The notes under the pieces are model-generated. The model did not search any database, had not been told where the DNA came from, and was given only the letters and a program-made list of their open reading frames with translations. A DNA stretch of 32,000 nt from Candidatus Kuenenia stuttgartensis (lineage in GTDB: Bacteria; Planctomycetota; Brocadiia; Brocadiales; Brocadiaceae): assembly GCF_900232105.1 (NCBI RefSeq), contig NZ_LT934425.1, positions 1,380,001 to 1,412,000 on the forward strand, in the 5' to 3' direction. The position numbers were made by a program, and so were the translations under genes. Of this stretch, positions 1-10,459 are shown piece after piece; within the stretch, counting starts at the first letter, position 1; each line of letters opens with the position of its first letter.

Positions 1-294
1 GTTGTTGCGGAAACAAATTATGATCTGACCAGCCTTATAGGGATCAGGTCGAATTCTTTGCCGGGCTTTATGCTTGGCGGGTTAGTGTTGTTTGGTTATT
101 TTTATTTGGGGATATCCTTCCCCTACCGGTTTTTAAAACGCAGAAAAAGTTTGGCTATAGAGAAGCTCGGGTTCATTAGATATACAATCGTTGCCTTCCT
201 CTTTCTCTGCATGATGGCGCTTCCGATAAAAGTATGCCTGCGATTGGTGTTTCACATAAAATATATCTGGGTGACCCCCTGGTTTAACATATAA
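1..294 (+). CDS. C-terminal part of a membrane protein (5' end outside window); possibly a membrane/cytochrome b-type subunit next to the multiheme cytochrome
   Basis: Frame 1 is open from base 1 to the stop at 294 with hydrophobic segments (MLGGLVLFGYFYLGISFPY; YTIVAFLFLCMMALPIKVCLRLVF). Subunit identity is only suggested by position. Confidence 0.55.
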   Translation, partial: VVAETNYDLTSLIGIRSNSLPGFMLGGLVLFGYFYLGISFPYRFLKRRKSLAIEKLGFIRYTIVAFLFLCMMALPIKVCLRLVFHIKYIWVTPWFNI

Positions 295-311
295 TTTTCT
301 ATTATTTACGT

Positions 312-3158
312 GTGATTATGGAAACCGGAAAAGTACGAAAAAAAGAAAAGAGAGAAGAGGAAAAGTCCTATTCGGCGGCGTTTGCGGTTGTAAGCTTTAT
401 CCTTGCTGCAGTTGCCTTGTGGGCAGTAGTGAATGAAGTAGTTGACAGACGGCCATGGAAAAAATATCAAAAGAAATTTTATCAGTTGGAATATGAAAAA
501 GCAGGGGAAGAATACACAAAGTCAGTCGCCATTTTCGAGAGTCCCGAAGTACAAAAAAAATATACGGAGGCAAAAGAAAACCTGAAACATGCACAGGATG
601 CCTTCATTGCTCCAGCAGTACAGAAGGAGTATCAAAACCTGTTAACCGAAGAAAAGCGCGCCGGACAGGAAGTCGAGTCATTGAAATTTCTGTCCGTGGT
701 GGCACGAAATAAAATCTCTGAGAAAGAATACCTTTATGGGAAAACGCAGAATGAACAATTGAAAGAAGAAATAGCTGCGCTGGAAAAAGAAAATGAAGAA
801 CGTGCCATGAAACGGAAGGTGGCTGAAAACCGGCTTGCATTAATCAGGACAAGGCAGGGAGAATTGAAAAAAGATGTTATAACTTATACAAATGAATTAG
901 ATTCATACACTTCGGGAGTAGCGTATAGCAAAAACAAATTAAATAAATTCAAAACAGCACGTACAGGTCTCCAGGTATACCAAACCTATCTGGAAGATAT
1001 AAATATAGTTGATCGATGCATGTCCTGCCACCCCGGCATAGATAAACCTGAAAGTGTTTCAGAAGAACAGCCATATGCAAGCCATCCCGACAGACAATTA
1101 TATCTGGGAAATCACCCGCCTGAAAAATTTGGCTGCGTTTTATGCCACGAAGGACAATCAAGCGCAACATCAGGGGTGAAAAAAGCGCACGGAGAGGTTG
1201 AATACTGGCTTACTCCAATATACCGCGGTGTCGTTGCGCAGGCCTCATGCATCAGATGCCATAATGGTGTAAGGGAAGTAAAGGGGGCAGAGGTACTTTG
1301 GGAAGGGAAAAAGTTATTCGGGGAACTTGGTTGTTATGGTTGCCATGATACAGAAGGTTTTGGAGAGTATAAGGACAGAATTATAGGTCCCGGTTTGCGT
1401 AATATTAAAAACAAGGTAAAACCCGGATGGTTAACTGACTGGATAAGAGATCCAAAGGCTTTCAGGCCAACCACCCGAATGCCGGACTTTAAATTGTCCG
1501 AAGAAGAATCCCGTGCAATAGCAGCATATCTATGGCAACACGCTGACAATGCGGAAGACGATAATGACGAAATAATCCGGCTTACCGGGGAAGAGTACGA
1601 ACGTGGCGATTTCCTTTTTGAACAAACAGGCTGTTTGGCATGCCATAGTTATGAAGAAGGGGCGGAAAGAACGTTTGCCCCCAATCTGGCAAAGACTGGC
1701 GCAAAGATGCGCGATATGTATCTGGTTGAATGGATACTCAATCCAAAAAGTAAAGAACCACTTACAAGGATGCCAAATTTCAGGATAGACGACGTAAATG
1801 CCCGCCTCATCGCCGGATATTTAATAGGCAAAACAAAACAACCTTCTGACGATGATGAAACTAAGAATATTGAATGGTTAACAGACAAAAACAAGGCGCG
1901 CACGGGCGAGGCTTTAATCAAAAGATATGGCTGTTTTGGATGCCATGAAATTAAGGGCATGGAAGGACTTGGCAAAATTGGCGCAGAATTGTCCGATATC
2001 GGATCGAAACACATACCCTTATTCGATTTCGGGCTTTTGGAAAAAAAGATACTTGGCGAGGCAGGGCTGAAACATTATACGGAAAACATTGGCGAGGCAA
2101 GAAGGGCATGGTTGCAGGCAAAATTGCAGCACCCAAGACAGTTTGACGAAGGGAAGTATAAAAAGCCGGAAGACCGGCTGAAGATGCCAGACTTTAGATT
2201 GTCCGTGGAACAGATAAAAGCGTTGGTCATCTTTCTTTCAGGATTAAGGGATGAAAAATTGCCGGAGAAATATGTTGCGTCGTTATCTGAGAGACAAAAG
2301 GTAATTGCGGAAGGCAGGATGATTATAAACAAATACAATTGCTCCGGATGCCATCAGTTTGATTTGGACAGAATATATCTTAACGATGGTATAGAACTTT
2401 CGGGAATGGTAAAAATAGAAGAGGATGACGGCGTTTATTTTCAATTAATGGAAGATAACGAGCGCTACGGGCACAAAGCCGGTGAGGTGGTATTTATTGC
2501 AGCAGAAGATGTTGTAAAACAGGACAGAGTAACGGAAATTGAACTGGCGAACCGGATTATAGCATATCATGTGGAAGAAATAGGCATCATGCCTGAAGAG
2601 GCACGGGTCTTTGTGCCACCATTATTATACGGCGAAGGGAAGAAAGTACAATGCGAGTGGACATTTGCGTTTTTAAAAGAACCCTTTGATCTCAGACCCT
2701 GGCTTGACGTAAAAATGCCATCGTTTGACATGTCTACCGAAGATGCAACGAAGCTGGCTATATTTCTTGCCGCAAAAGATGGGGAACAATACCCTTATGA
2801 GTATATCGAAGAAACAAAAAAGGGATATATAGAAAAAAAAGAACTGGCATTTCCCGGGTATCTCGAAGCTGCGAAAAAGCTATTCGAATCTGAAAATGTT
2901 CATTGCCTGCAATGCCATATCAGAGGCAGTAAAATGCCGGAAGGGGAGCCCGCAGACTGGGCGCCTGATCTAATGCTTGCAAAGACACGGCTCAAGCCGG
3001 AGTGGATTAAGAAATGGCTTTTAGACCCGCAATCGATTCAGCCGGGAACAAAAATGCCTAAATTTTTCAGAGAAGGAGAATTTCAGGAATATATTCCCGG
3101 AACACCTGAAGAACAGGTAGAGGTTATGAAGGATTTTTTGATGAACCTTTGGGAATAG
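312..3158 (+). CDS. Membrane-anchored multiheme cytochrome c with 8 CxxCH motifs and repeated class I-type modules
   Basis: 948 aa, N-terminal TM (AAFAVVSFILAAVALWAVV), coiled-coil region, then CMSCH, CVLCH, CIRCH, CYGCH, CLACH, CFGCH, CSGCH, CLQCH. The last five are each followed by a possible Met ligand loop (TRMPDF, TRMPNF, LKMPDF, VKMPSF, TKMPKF). GTG at 312 or ATG at 318 could be the start. Confidence 0.93.
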   Translation: MIMETGKVRKKEKREEEKSYSAAFAVVSFILAAVALWAVVNEVVDRRPWKKYQKKFYQLEYEKAGEEYTKSVAIFESPEVQKKYTEAKENLKHAQDAFIAPAVQKEYQNLLTEEKRAGQEVESLKFLSVVARNKISEKEYLYGKTQNEQLKEEIAALEKENEERAMKRKVAENRLALIRTRQGELKKDVITYTNELDSYTSGVAYSKNKLNKFKTARTGLQVYQTYLEDINIVDRCMSCHPGIDKPESVSEEQPYASHPDRQLYLGNHPPEKFGCVLCHEGQSSATSGVKKAHGEVEYWLTPIYRGVVAQASCIRCHNGVREVKGAEVLWEGKKLFGELGCYGCHDTEGFGEYKDRIIGPGLRNIKNKVKPGWLTDWIRDPKAFRPTTRMPDFKLSEEESRAIAAYLWQHADNAEDDNDEIIRLTGEEYERGDFLFEQTGCLACHSYEEGAERTFAPNLAKTGAKMRDMYLVEWILNPKSKEPLTRMPNFRIDDVNARLIAGYLIGKTKQPSDDDETKNIEWLTDKNKARTGEALIKRYGCFGCHEIKGMEGLGKIGAELSDIGSKHIPLFDFGLLEKKILGEAGLKHYTENIGEARRAWLQAKLQHPRQFDEGKYKKPEDRLKMPDFRLSVEQIKALVIFLSGLRDEKLPEKYVASLSERQKVIAEGRMIINKYNCSGCHQFDLDRIYLNDGIELSGMVKIEEDDGVYFQLMEDNERYGHKAGEVVFIAAEDVVKQDRVTEIELANRIIAYHVEEIGIMPEEARVFVPPLLYGEGKKVQCEWTFAFLKEPFDLRPWLDVKMPSFDMSTEDATKLAIFLAAKDGEQYPYEYIEETKKGYIEKKELAFPGYLEAAKKLFESENVHCLQCHIRGSKMPEGEPADWAPDLMLAKTRLKPEWIKKWLLDPQSIQPGTKMPKFFREGEFQEYIPGTPEEQVEVMKDFLMNLWE

Positions 3159-3304
3159 CACTACAAAGAAACAACCATGACAGGGTTAATGCACTGCCAA
3201 TTTTTGTGCTGGACGTAAGAATAAAATGTCGCTTTAGGTAACACTTTAGTTTTTTGGAAAACGTATCACCTAATAGAGCGCAAAATATTGCATCTCTCTA
3301 CCGT

Positions 3305-3352
3305 AGGAGCAAGCTGTCTCCCTGTCAATCATTCATTTTACAGGTTGCTCCT
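3305..3352. repeat. Imperfect inverted repeat AGGAGCAAGCTG...CAGGTTGCTCCT
   Basis: 12-bp arms with one mismatch, intergenic. Confidence 0.5.
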
Positions 3353-3445
3353 GACGGAGCTATTTATCCTAAGCTAGCATAGCCAGAACTAAACAAGCAC
3401 GAAATACGAAAGATGCTCTCGTTTAGCATTTCAAATAATACTCTC

Positions 3446-3495
3446 GTTCCCAAGCTCTGGCTTGGGAACGCAATTGTTTGAGAAGCTCCAGCTTC
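3446..3495 (+). repeat. Composite two-hairpin REP-like element (H1-linker-H2)
   Basis: H1 GTTCCCAAGC-TCTG-GCTTGGGAAC (3446-3469), 12-nt linker, H2 GAAGCT-CC-AGCTTC (3482-3495). Confidence 0.85.
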
Positions 3496-3610
3496 GCCTG
3501 GAAAAAAAGAATGAAAAATGCTACCGATGATATTTAAAAATATCTTTCGGTGCTTCATCTTACCCATTTAGTCCACATACAAAGTTTAAACCGAATAATT
3601 ATGACGAAAG

Positions 3611-3661
3611 GGAAGCGGGAGCTTCCAATGCATTTACGTTCCCAAACCGGAGCTTGGGAAC
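3611..3661 (-). repeat. Composite two-hairpin REP-like element, opposite orientation
   Basis: GGAAGC-GGGA-GCTTCC (3611-3626), 11-nt linker, GTTCCCAAACCGGAGCTTGGGAAC (3638-3661). Confidence 0.8.
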
Positions 3662-3730
3662 GAGCGCTTTTACTTTTTAAAGAATATAAACTGTTAGCGC
3701 TTTAGTTATTATTCAAGGTTAACGCAAGGG

Positions 3731-4933
3731 TTATTTCGCCTCCAGTTTTTTAATTGCCTCTAATACTTTCGACCTGTCGGTTGGGTTTGTCGCATATTTA
3801 ACACAATTCCGGTATTGTTCGAGGGCCTTTGCCGTGTTCTTTTTTGCTTCATAGAGGGCAGCTATGGTAAAATTGGATTCAAAATCCGCCGGGTCGATAT
3901 TCAGCACTTTTTTAAAAGCATCCATGGATGCCTCTCCTTTGTCCTCCAGTAGATACAACACTCCCAACTGTTTGAAATATTTAGCCTGGTTCATAGGGTA
4001 TATTGTTAATGCATGATTGTAGACTGTTATTGCTTTTGAAAAGCTACCGGCAATAACATAGGCATTGGCAAGTTCGTGAAAGAGGTCTAACCCTAAAAAG
4101 GACATGTACCTTATATGTTCTTCATTGCCTGAATCAAATAAATGTATTGCCTTTTCTCCCGTTTTTATTAAACGGTCGATTTTTTCAGGATTCTCCAGAT
4201 AATGGGAAAATAACGTATATTGCAGAACAAACTCTTCCGGCATATCAGAAACAAGTTCCAGTAATTTGTTTTCCGTTTCCTGATATGTGAATTTTCCCTG
4301 ATAGTAACTTTCTATGATATCTTCGGCAGTTTCCATTACTTTGTCTGAAAGGCAAAGTCTTGTGATTTGCTGCACAAGTTTTTCAAACATTTCCGGAATT
4401 TTCTCCGCTGACTCGCATTCCCCCACCAATGCACCCACCGTTTTATCCTTCATCTCCTGCAGTCTTACTGTTTCTATTTCCTTTGCATTTATCACTTCGA
4501 TATCTGCCCGGTATCCTTCGCCAAATTGGGAAAGACTGCCTTTTATCCCGAAATCTGCATTTAATTGCTTTGTCATTTTTACTACTTTTTCCCACTCAAA
4601 ACTAAAAAAAAGGTCTATAATATCTTTATTACTAAAGTTTGAACCTTTTTCCACGTTGTCAATCTTGTAGAAATTATGCAAAACAGTTTTTCTCACATAA
4701 TGGTAAGTACGTTTCTGGTCTATTACGCTAAAAAGACCAGACCGGATTAACTCGCTTTGTATAATACGTTCCACCCCTGCAATTTGACTCTCTGATCCAA
4801 GGTTATACACAAAGGGAAAGATAACAACCTTATATTTTTGTTCCTGCGCAGGCAAGGTTTGCGCTGAAAAGATAAAAAAAGTAATAGTGAATATTAATGA
4901 TGTATAAGTTTTTTTTAACATTTTTAAGGGCAT
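3731..4933 (-). CDS. Secreted TPR protein with N-terminal TolB/CsgG-like region
   Basis: 400 aa, signal peptide (LIFTITFFIFSAQTLPAQ), KVVIFPFVYNLGSESQIAGVERIIQSELIRSGLFSVID start, C-terminal TPR-like helices. Confidence 0.75.
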   Translation of the reverse strand: MPLKMLKKTYTSLIFTITFFIFSAQTLPAQEQKYKVVIFPFVYNLGSESQIAGVERIIQSELIRSGLFSVIDQKRTYHYVRKTVLHNFYKIDNVEKGSNFSNKDIIDLFFSFEWEKVVKMTKQLNADFGIKGSLSQFGEGYRADIEVINAKEIETVRLQEMKDKTVGALVGECESAEKIPEMFEKLVQQITRLCLSDKVMETAEDIIESYYQGKFTYQETENKLLELVSDMPEEFVLQYTLFSHYLENPEKIDRLIKTGEKAIHLFDSGNEEHIRYMSFLGLDLFHELANAYVIAGSFSKAITVYNHALTIYPMNQAKYFKQLGVLYLLEDKGEASMDAFKKVLNIDPADFESNFTIAALYEAKKNTAKALEQYRNCVKYATNPTDRSKVLEAIKKLEAK

Positions 4934-5130
4934 CTTTTTATTAAAGGGATTATCGGTATTGAGTTTATTTTAAAATAAATAAAAAAAGCCCGATCATTTG
5001 TAGTTAATACAAATTAGCAGGCTCTTATTACCACTCCGGGATTTACGAGAAAGTAAAAACATGTTTAAAATGGATTCGGAAGGGTGCCGGGAGATGACTA
5101 CCGCAGTTTTTGTATTTGGCAAAAAGTTTT

Positions 5131-5454
5131 TTATGCCTTGTTTTTGAATGCAGCTATTATTTTATCCGCCACTTCTTCTGATATTTCCTCTTTTTCATAA
5201 AACCCTGTTTCCAGTTTTTCTTTTACTTCCACTAATTTTGCAGACCTTGTATCCGATACTTCGTTTTTAACGATTGCTTTCAGATTTTCAATTTTTTCGC
5301 TAAAAATCCTGGACTCCTGAGAAATGCTAACGGCGTCTTGTTTTTCGGAACTGGTATTCCCCTCTTTCTCTCTGTTTTTTACCGGCTTATTCGCTTCGTA
5401 ACGCTTCAAGCCAATACTTTTCAGCATGGAGGGGTCGCTCGTTATTCTATCCAT
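5131..5454 (-). CDS. flgM: FlgM-like anti-sigma-28 factor
   Basis: Small protein with AVSISQESRIFSEKIENLK...VSDTRSAKLVEVKEKLETGFYEKEEISEEVADKII, the FlgM C-terminal pattern. MDRITSDPSMLKSIG is the likelier start; the ORF track extends to 5475. Confidence 0.7.
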   Translation of the reverse strand: MDRITSDPSMLKSIGLKRYEANKPVKNREKEGNTSSEKQDAVSISQESRIFSEKIENLKAIVKNEVSDTRSAKLVEVKEKLETGFYEKEEISEEVADKIIAAFKNKA

Positions 5455-5735
5455 AGTACCTTCCTTAATATTCAAAAATGTTTTTTTAAGTTTGTAGATT
5501 TAAATTTCGCACTGTACAGAACAAATAAAAGGCGCGTTTAATATCATTTTTAGTTAAATTTTGCCGCCATTAAAAATTATATCTTCATTGTATCGTTATT
5601 CAAAACTTTATTCTCTCAGAACCGTATACGTTTATTGTGGTGCAACGCTAGTTTTGATATCGGCAAAAATGGGCACTGATTTAGGTTTTTATCAAAGTAT
5701 TTTTGTTTCTCTCTGATAGCAGGTTTTTTGAAACC

Positions 5736-5807
5736 GTAGGGACGAAGCATTTGCTATAACGGGCAGACATGCGTTCATGCTCAAACGGCCAAATGCTTCA
5801 CCCCTAC
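5736..5807. repeat. Intergenic inverted repeat GTAGGG-A-CGAAGCATTTG...CAAATGCTTC-A-CCCCTAC
   Basis: Perfect 10-bp core arms 5744-5753 / 5790-5799 with GTAGGG/CCCCTAC outer arms. Confidence 0.75.
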
Positions 5808-5930
5808 ACCGTGCGGCAAATATCGTTATTATTGGAATTTTTCAAAAAACGAAATTGATACAATTTAGCGCATGTTTTCCACGTATAAGATATATATAAA
5901 ATGATTAGAACAGCAGTCTAACAGAATATA

Positions 5931-5959
5931 TTTGACATCAGCCAAAAAATGTGCTATAG
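5931..5959 (+). promoter_or_regulatory. Predicted sigma70-type promoter upstream of eno
   Basis: TTGACA (5931-5936), 17-bp spacer, TATAGA (5954-5959). Confidence 0.65.
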
Positions 5960-6017
5960 AGGAATTCATGTTTTTTTAAAGTTCGTAACTTACATTCTAT
6001 CAATGATATACATATAA

Positions 6018-7840
<1,823 letters not shown>

Positions 7841-9111
7841 AGATGCGAAAAGCGCTTCGCGGCGTATTGCTACGGCAAGCACAGCGTTAAAAAATACTGC
7901 ACTTGATTATATTGCGGAAGGCATAAATTCCTCTGCGGATTTCATTCTAACGGAAAATAAAAAAGATGTGCTCGCCGCAAAACAAGCCGGACTGTCAGAA
8001 GCGATGATTGACCGCCTATCCCTGACCGATAAACGTATCAACGCAATGGCTGACGGTGTAAGGCAAATCATTCATCTTGCCGACCCTGTAGGAGAAATTA
8101 TTCATGGGCATACACGGCCAAATGGTTTGCAGATAAAAAAAATACGCACACCAATCGGCGTAATTGTTATTATTTATGAATCACGGCCTAATGTGACCGC
8201 CGATGCTGCGGCATTGTGTCTGAAAGCAGGAAATGCCGTTATATTAAGGGGTGGGAAAGAGGCGATTCATTCTAATATTGCGCTGTATAAAATACTTACT
8301 GCCGCTTTGGAAAAGGCAGGACTCGATAAAAACGGCATACAGCTTGTCGAAATTACAGAGAGGGAGGCGATTGATTATTTACTTACGTCTGACAAATATG
8401 TTGACGTCGTCATTCCTCGTGGCGGAGAAGCACTCATCCGTACCGTCGTTGAAAAATCGACCATCCCTGTTATAAAACACTATAAAGGCGTTTGCCATAC
8501 CTACGTGGATGAATTTGCCGATCTGAAAATTGCCGAAGAGGTTTGTTTCAATGCCAAGGTTCAGCGGCCTGCAACCTGTAATGCAATGGAGACGATGCTG
8601 GTGCATGAAAATATCGCTCCCGTTTTTTTGCCAAAAATAGCGAAAAGATTAGTTGATTCCGGCGTGCAATTGCTGGGTTGCAAAAAAACATGTACCTTTT
8701 TAGATACGATAAAACCGGCAACGGACGAAGATTATCATAATGAATACCTGGATATGGTGTTAAACATAAAAGTAGTGGATTCAATAGATGACGCTATTTC
8801 TCATATAACAAAATACGGTTCAGGTCATTCAGAGGCAATCATCACTACCAATTATAGTAATGCCCTGCAATTTACCGGCGAGGTAGACGCCGCAGCGGTA
8901 TACGTCAACGCCTCTACCCGTTTTACCGATGGCTATGAGTTTGGCATGGGGGCTGAAATTGGCATTAGCACGGATAAACTCCACGCCAGAGGGCCAATGG
9001 GACTTGCAGAACTTACCTCCTATAAATTTGTGGTTTTTGGAAACGGCCAATTGCGGGAATAACTACGAAGTACGATTTGGAATTTGGGACTTGGGATTTT
9101 AAATCATACCT

Positions 9112-9134
9112 CGTAATTCGTAATTCGTAATTCG
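9112..9134. repeat. Heptamer tandem repeat (CGTAATT)3
   Basis: cgtaatt x3 followed by cg, directly read. Confidence 0.9.
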
Positions 9135-9314
9135 CTTTTTGCGGCAAATTAACTTCCAAAGAAATACCTTCCCTGCCGTAAGGGCATTCATAAAACTTGC
9201 TTCACCAGAAAAAAATGATATAAATTATTGTTTGTTTTGCGGAAATAGGACTTTTAAATAATTTCAAACGAATCAGGGAAACCTTTCATTATTTTTTTAT
9301 TTGGTGTAAATATT

Positions 9315-10292
9315 ATGGGAAAAGCAGCTTTTGGTGAAAGATCAATAGCAGAACTCGAGAATATGATTCTGGAACTTGAACATCGTATAGAAGATTTAGA
9401 AAATGCCTCTTTAAAAGGCGAATCAGAGCATGACGATGAATTACGCTACTTAAGGGAAGAGCAAGAACAGATACAAAAGGAAATCTTTGCTAAATTAACC
9501 CCTTATGATATCGTTAAAATCGCACGGCATCCCTTACGCCCACTGTCAACAGACTATATAAATTTTATCGTGGAAGACTTTGTTGAACTCCATGGGGATA
9601 AACGATTTGGCGATGATAAGGCAATGGTTTGCGGTTTTGGCAAGATTGATGAGGAAAAGGTGTTAATCGTAGGACACCGAAAGGGGAAAAGCACAAAGGA
9701 ACGTATTGCGTGTAATTTTGGCATGCCAAATCCTGAAGGATACCGGAAGTCATTGCAAAAGATGAAGCTTGCGGAAAAGTTTAAATTACCTGTTATTACT
9801 TTAATAGATACCCCGGGGGCAAATCCTGATATTGGAGCGGAAGAAAGGGGGCAGGCACATGCTATTGCAGAGAGTATTTATGAGATGTCCCGGCTGAGAA
9901 CGCCTATAATAAATATCGTTATCGGCGAAGGCGGCAGCGGAGGGGCATTAGGAATCGGAATTGGCGATATATTTGCAATTCTCGAATATGCCTACTATTC
10001 CGTTATTTCCCCAGAGGGATGTGCCGCAATATTATGGAAAAATGGAGAAATGGCGCCGGAAGCTGCTAAAAAACTACACTTAACTGCCAAGGATTTATTG
10101 AATTTGTGCATTGCGGATGAAATCATACCTGAACCATCCGGCGCTGCCCATAAAGACCCCGAAAAGACTGCCTCGACAATGAAATCGTTTCTGCTTAAAT
10201 ATCTGCATCAGTTAAAAACTATCCCTACCGACAAACTTATAGAAGACAGATACAACAGATACCGTAAAATAGGGAAATATCTGGAGGTTTAA
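9315..10292 (+). CDS. accA: Acetyl-CoA carboxylase carboxyltransferase subunit alpha
   Basis: 325 aa; HPLRPLSTDYI, ELHGDKRFGDD, NFGMPNPEGYRKSLQKMKLAEKF, LIDTPGANPDIGAEERGQAHAIAESI, IGEGGSGGALGI. Confidence 0.97.
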   Translation: MGKAAFGERSIAELENMILELEHRIEDLENASLKGESEHDDELRYLREEQEQIQKEIFAKLTPYDIVKIARHPLRPLSTDYINFIVEDFVELHGDKRFGDDKAMVCGFGKIDEEKVLIVGHRKGKSTKERIACNFGMPNPEGYRKSLQKMKLAEKFKLPVITLIDTPGANPDIGAEERGQAHAIAESIYEMSRLRTPIINIVIGEGGSGGALGIGIGDIFAILEYAYYSVISPEGCAAILWKNGEMAPEAAKKLHLTAKDLLNLCIADEIIPEPSGAAHKDPEKTASTMKSFLLKYLHQLKTIPTDKLIEDRYNRYRKIGKYLEV

Positions 10293-10459
10293 ACCAGAAT
10301 ACGAAGTACGATTTTACGATTTTTTTAATCTGTGCAATCGTTCTACAGAGCTCACGACGAAGTCTGTGTAATCGGTGGCTTCCTTTTTTATTAATTTACG
10401 ACTTGGGACTTGTGATTTTTAAATCGTACTTTGTAGCTCATAACTCGTACTTCGTATTC

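Noticed and set aside
3364-3567. ORF of 67 aa on the minus strand
   Set aside because: Lies within intergenic repeat DNA and across a composite hairpin element.
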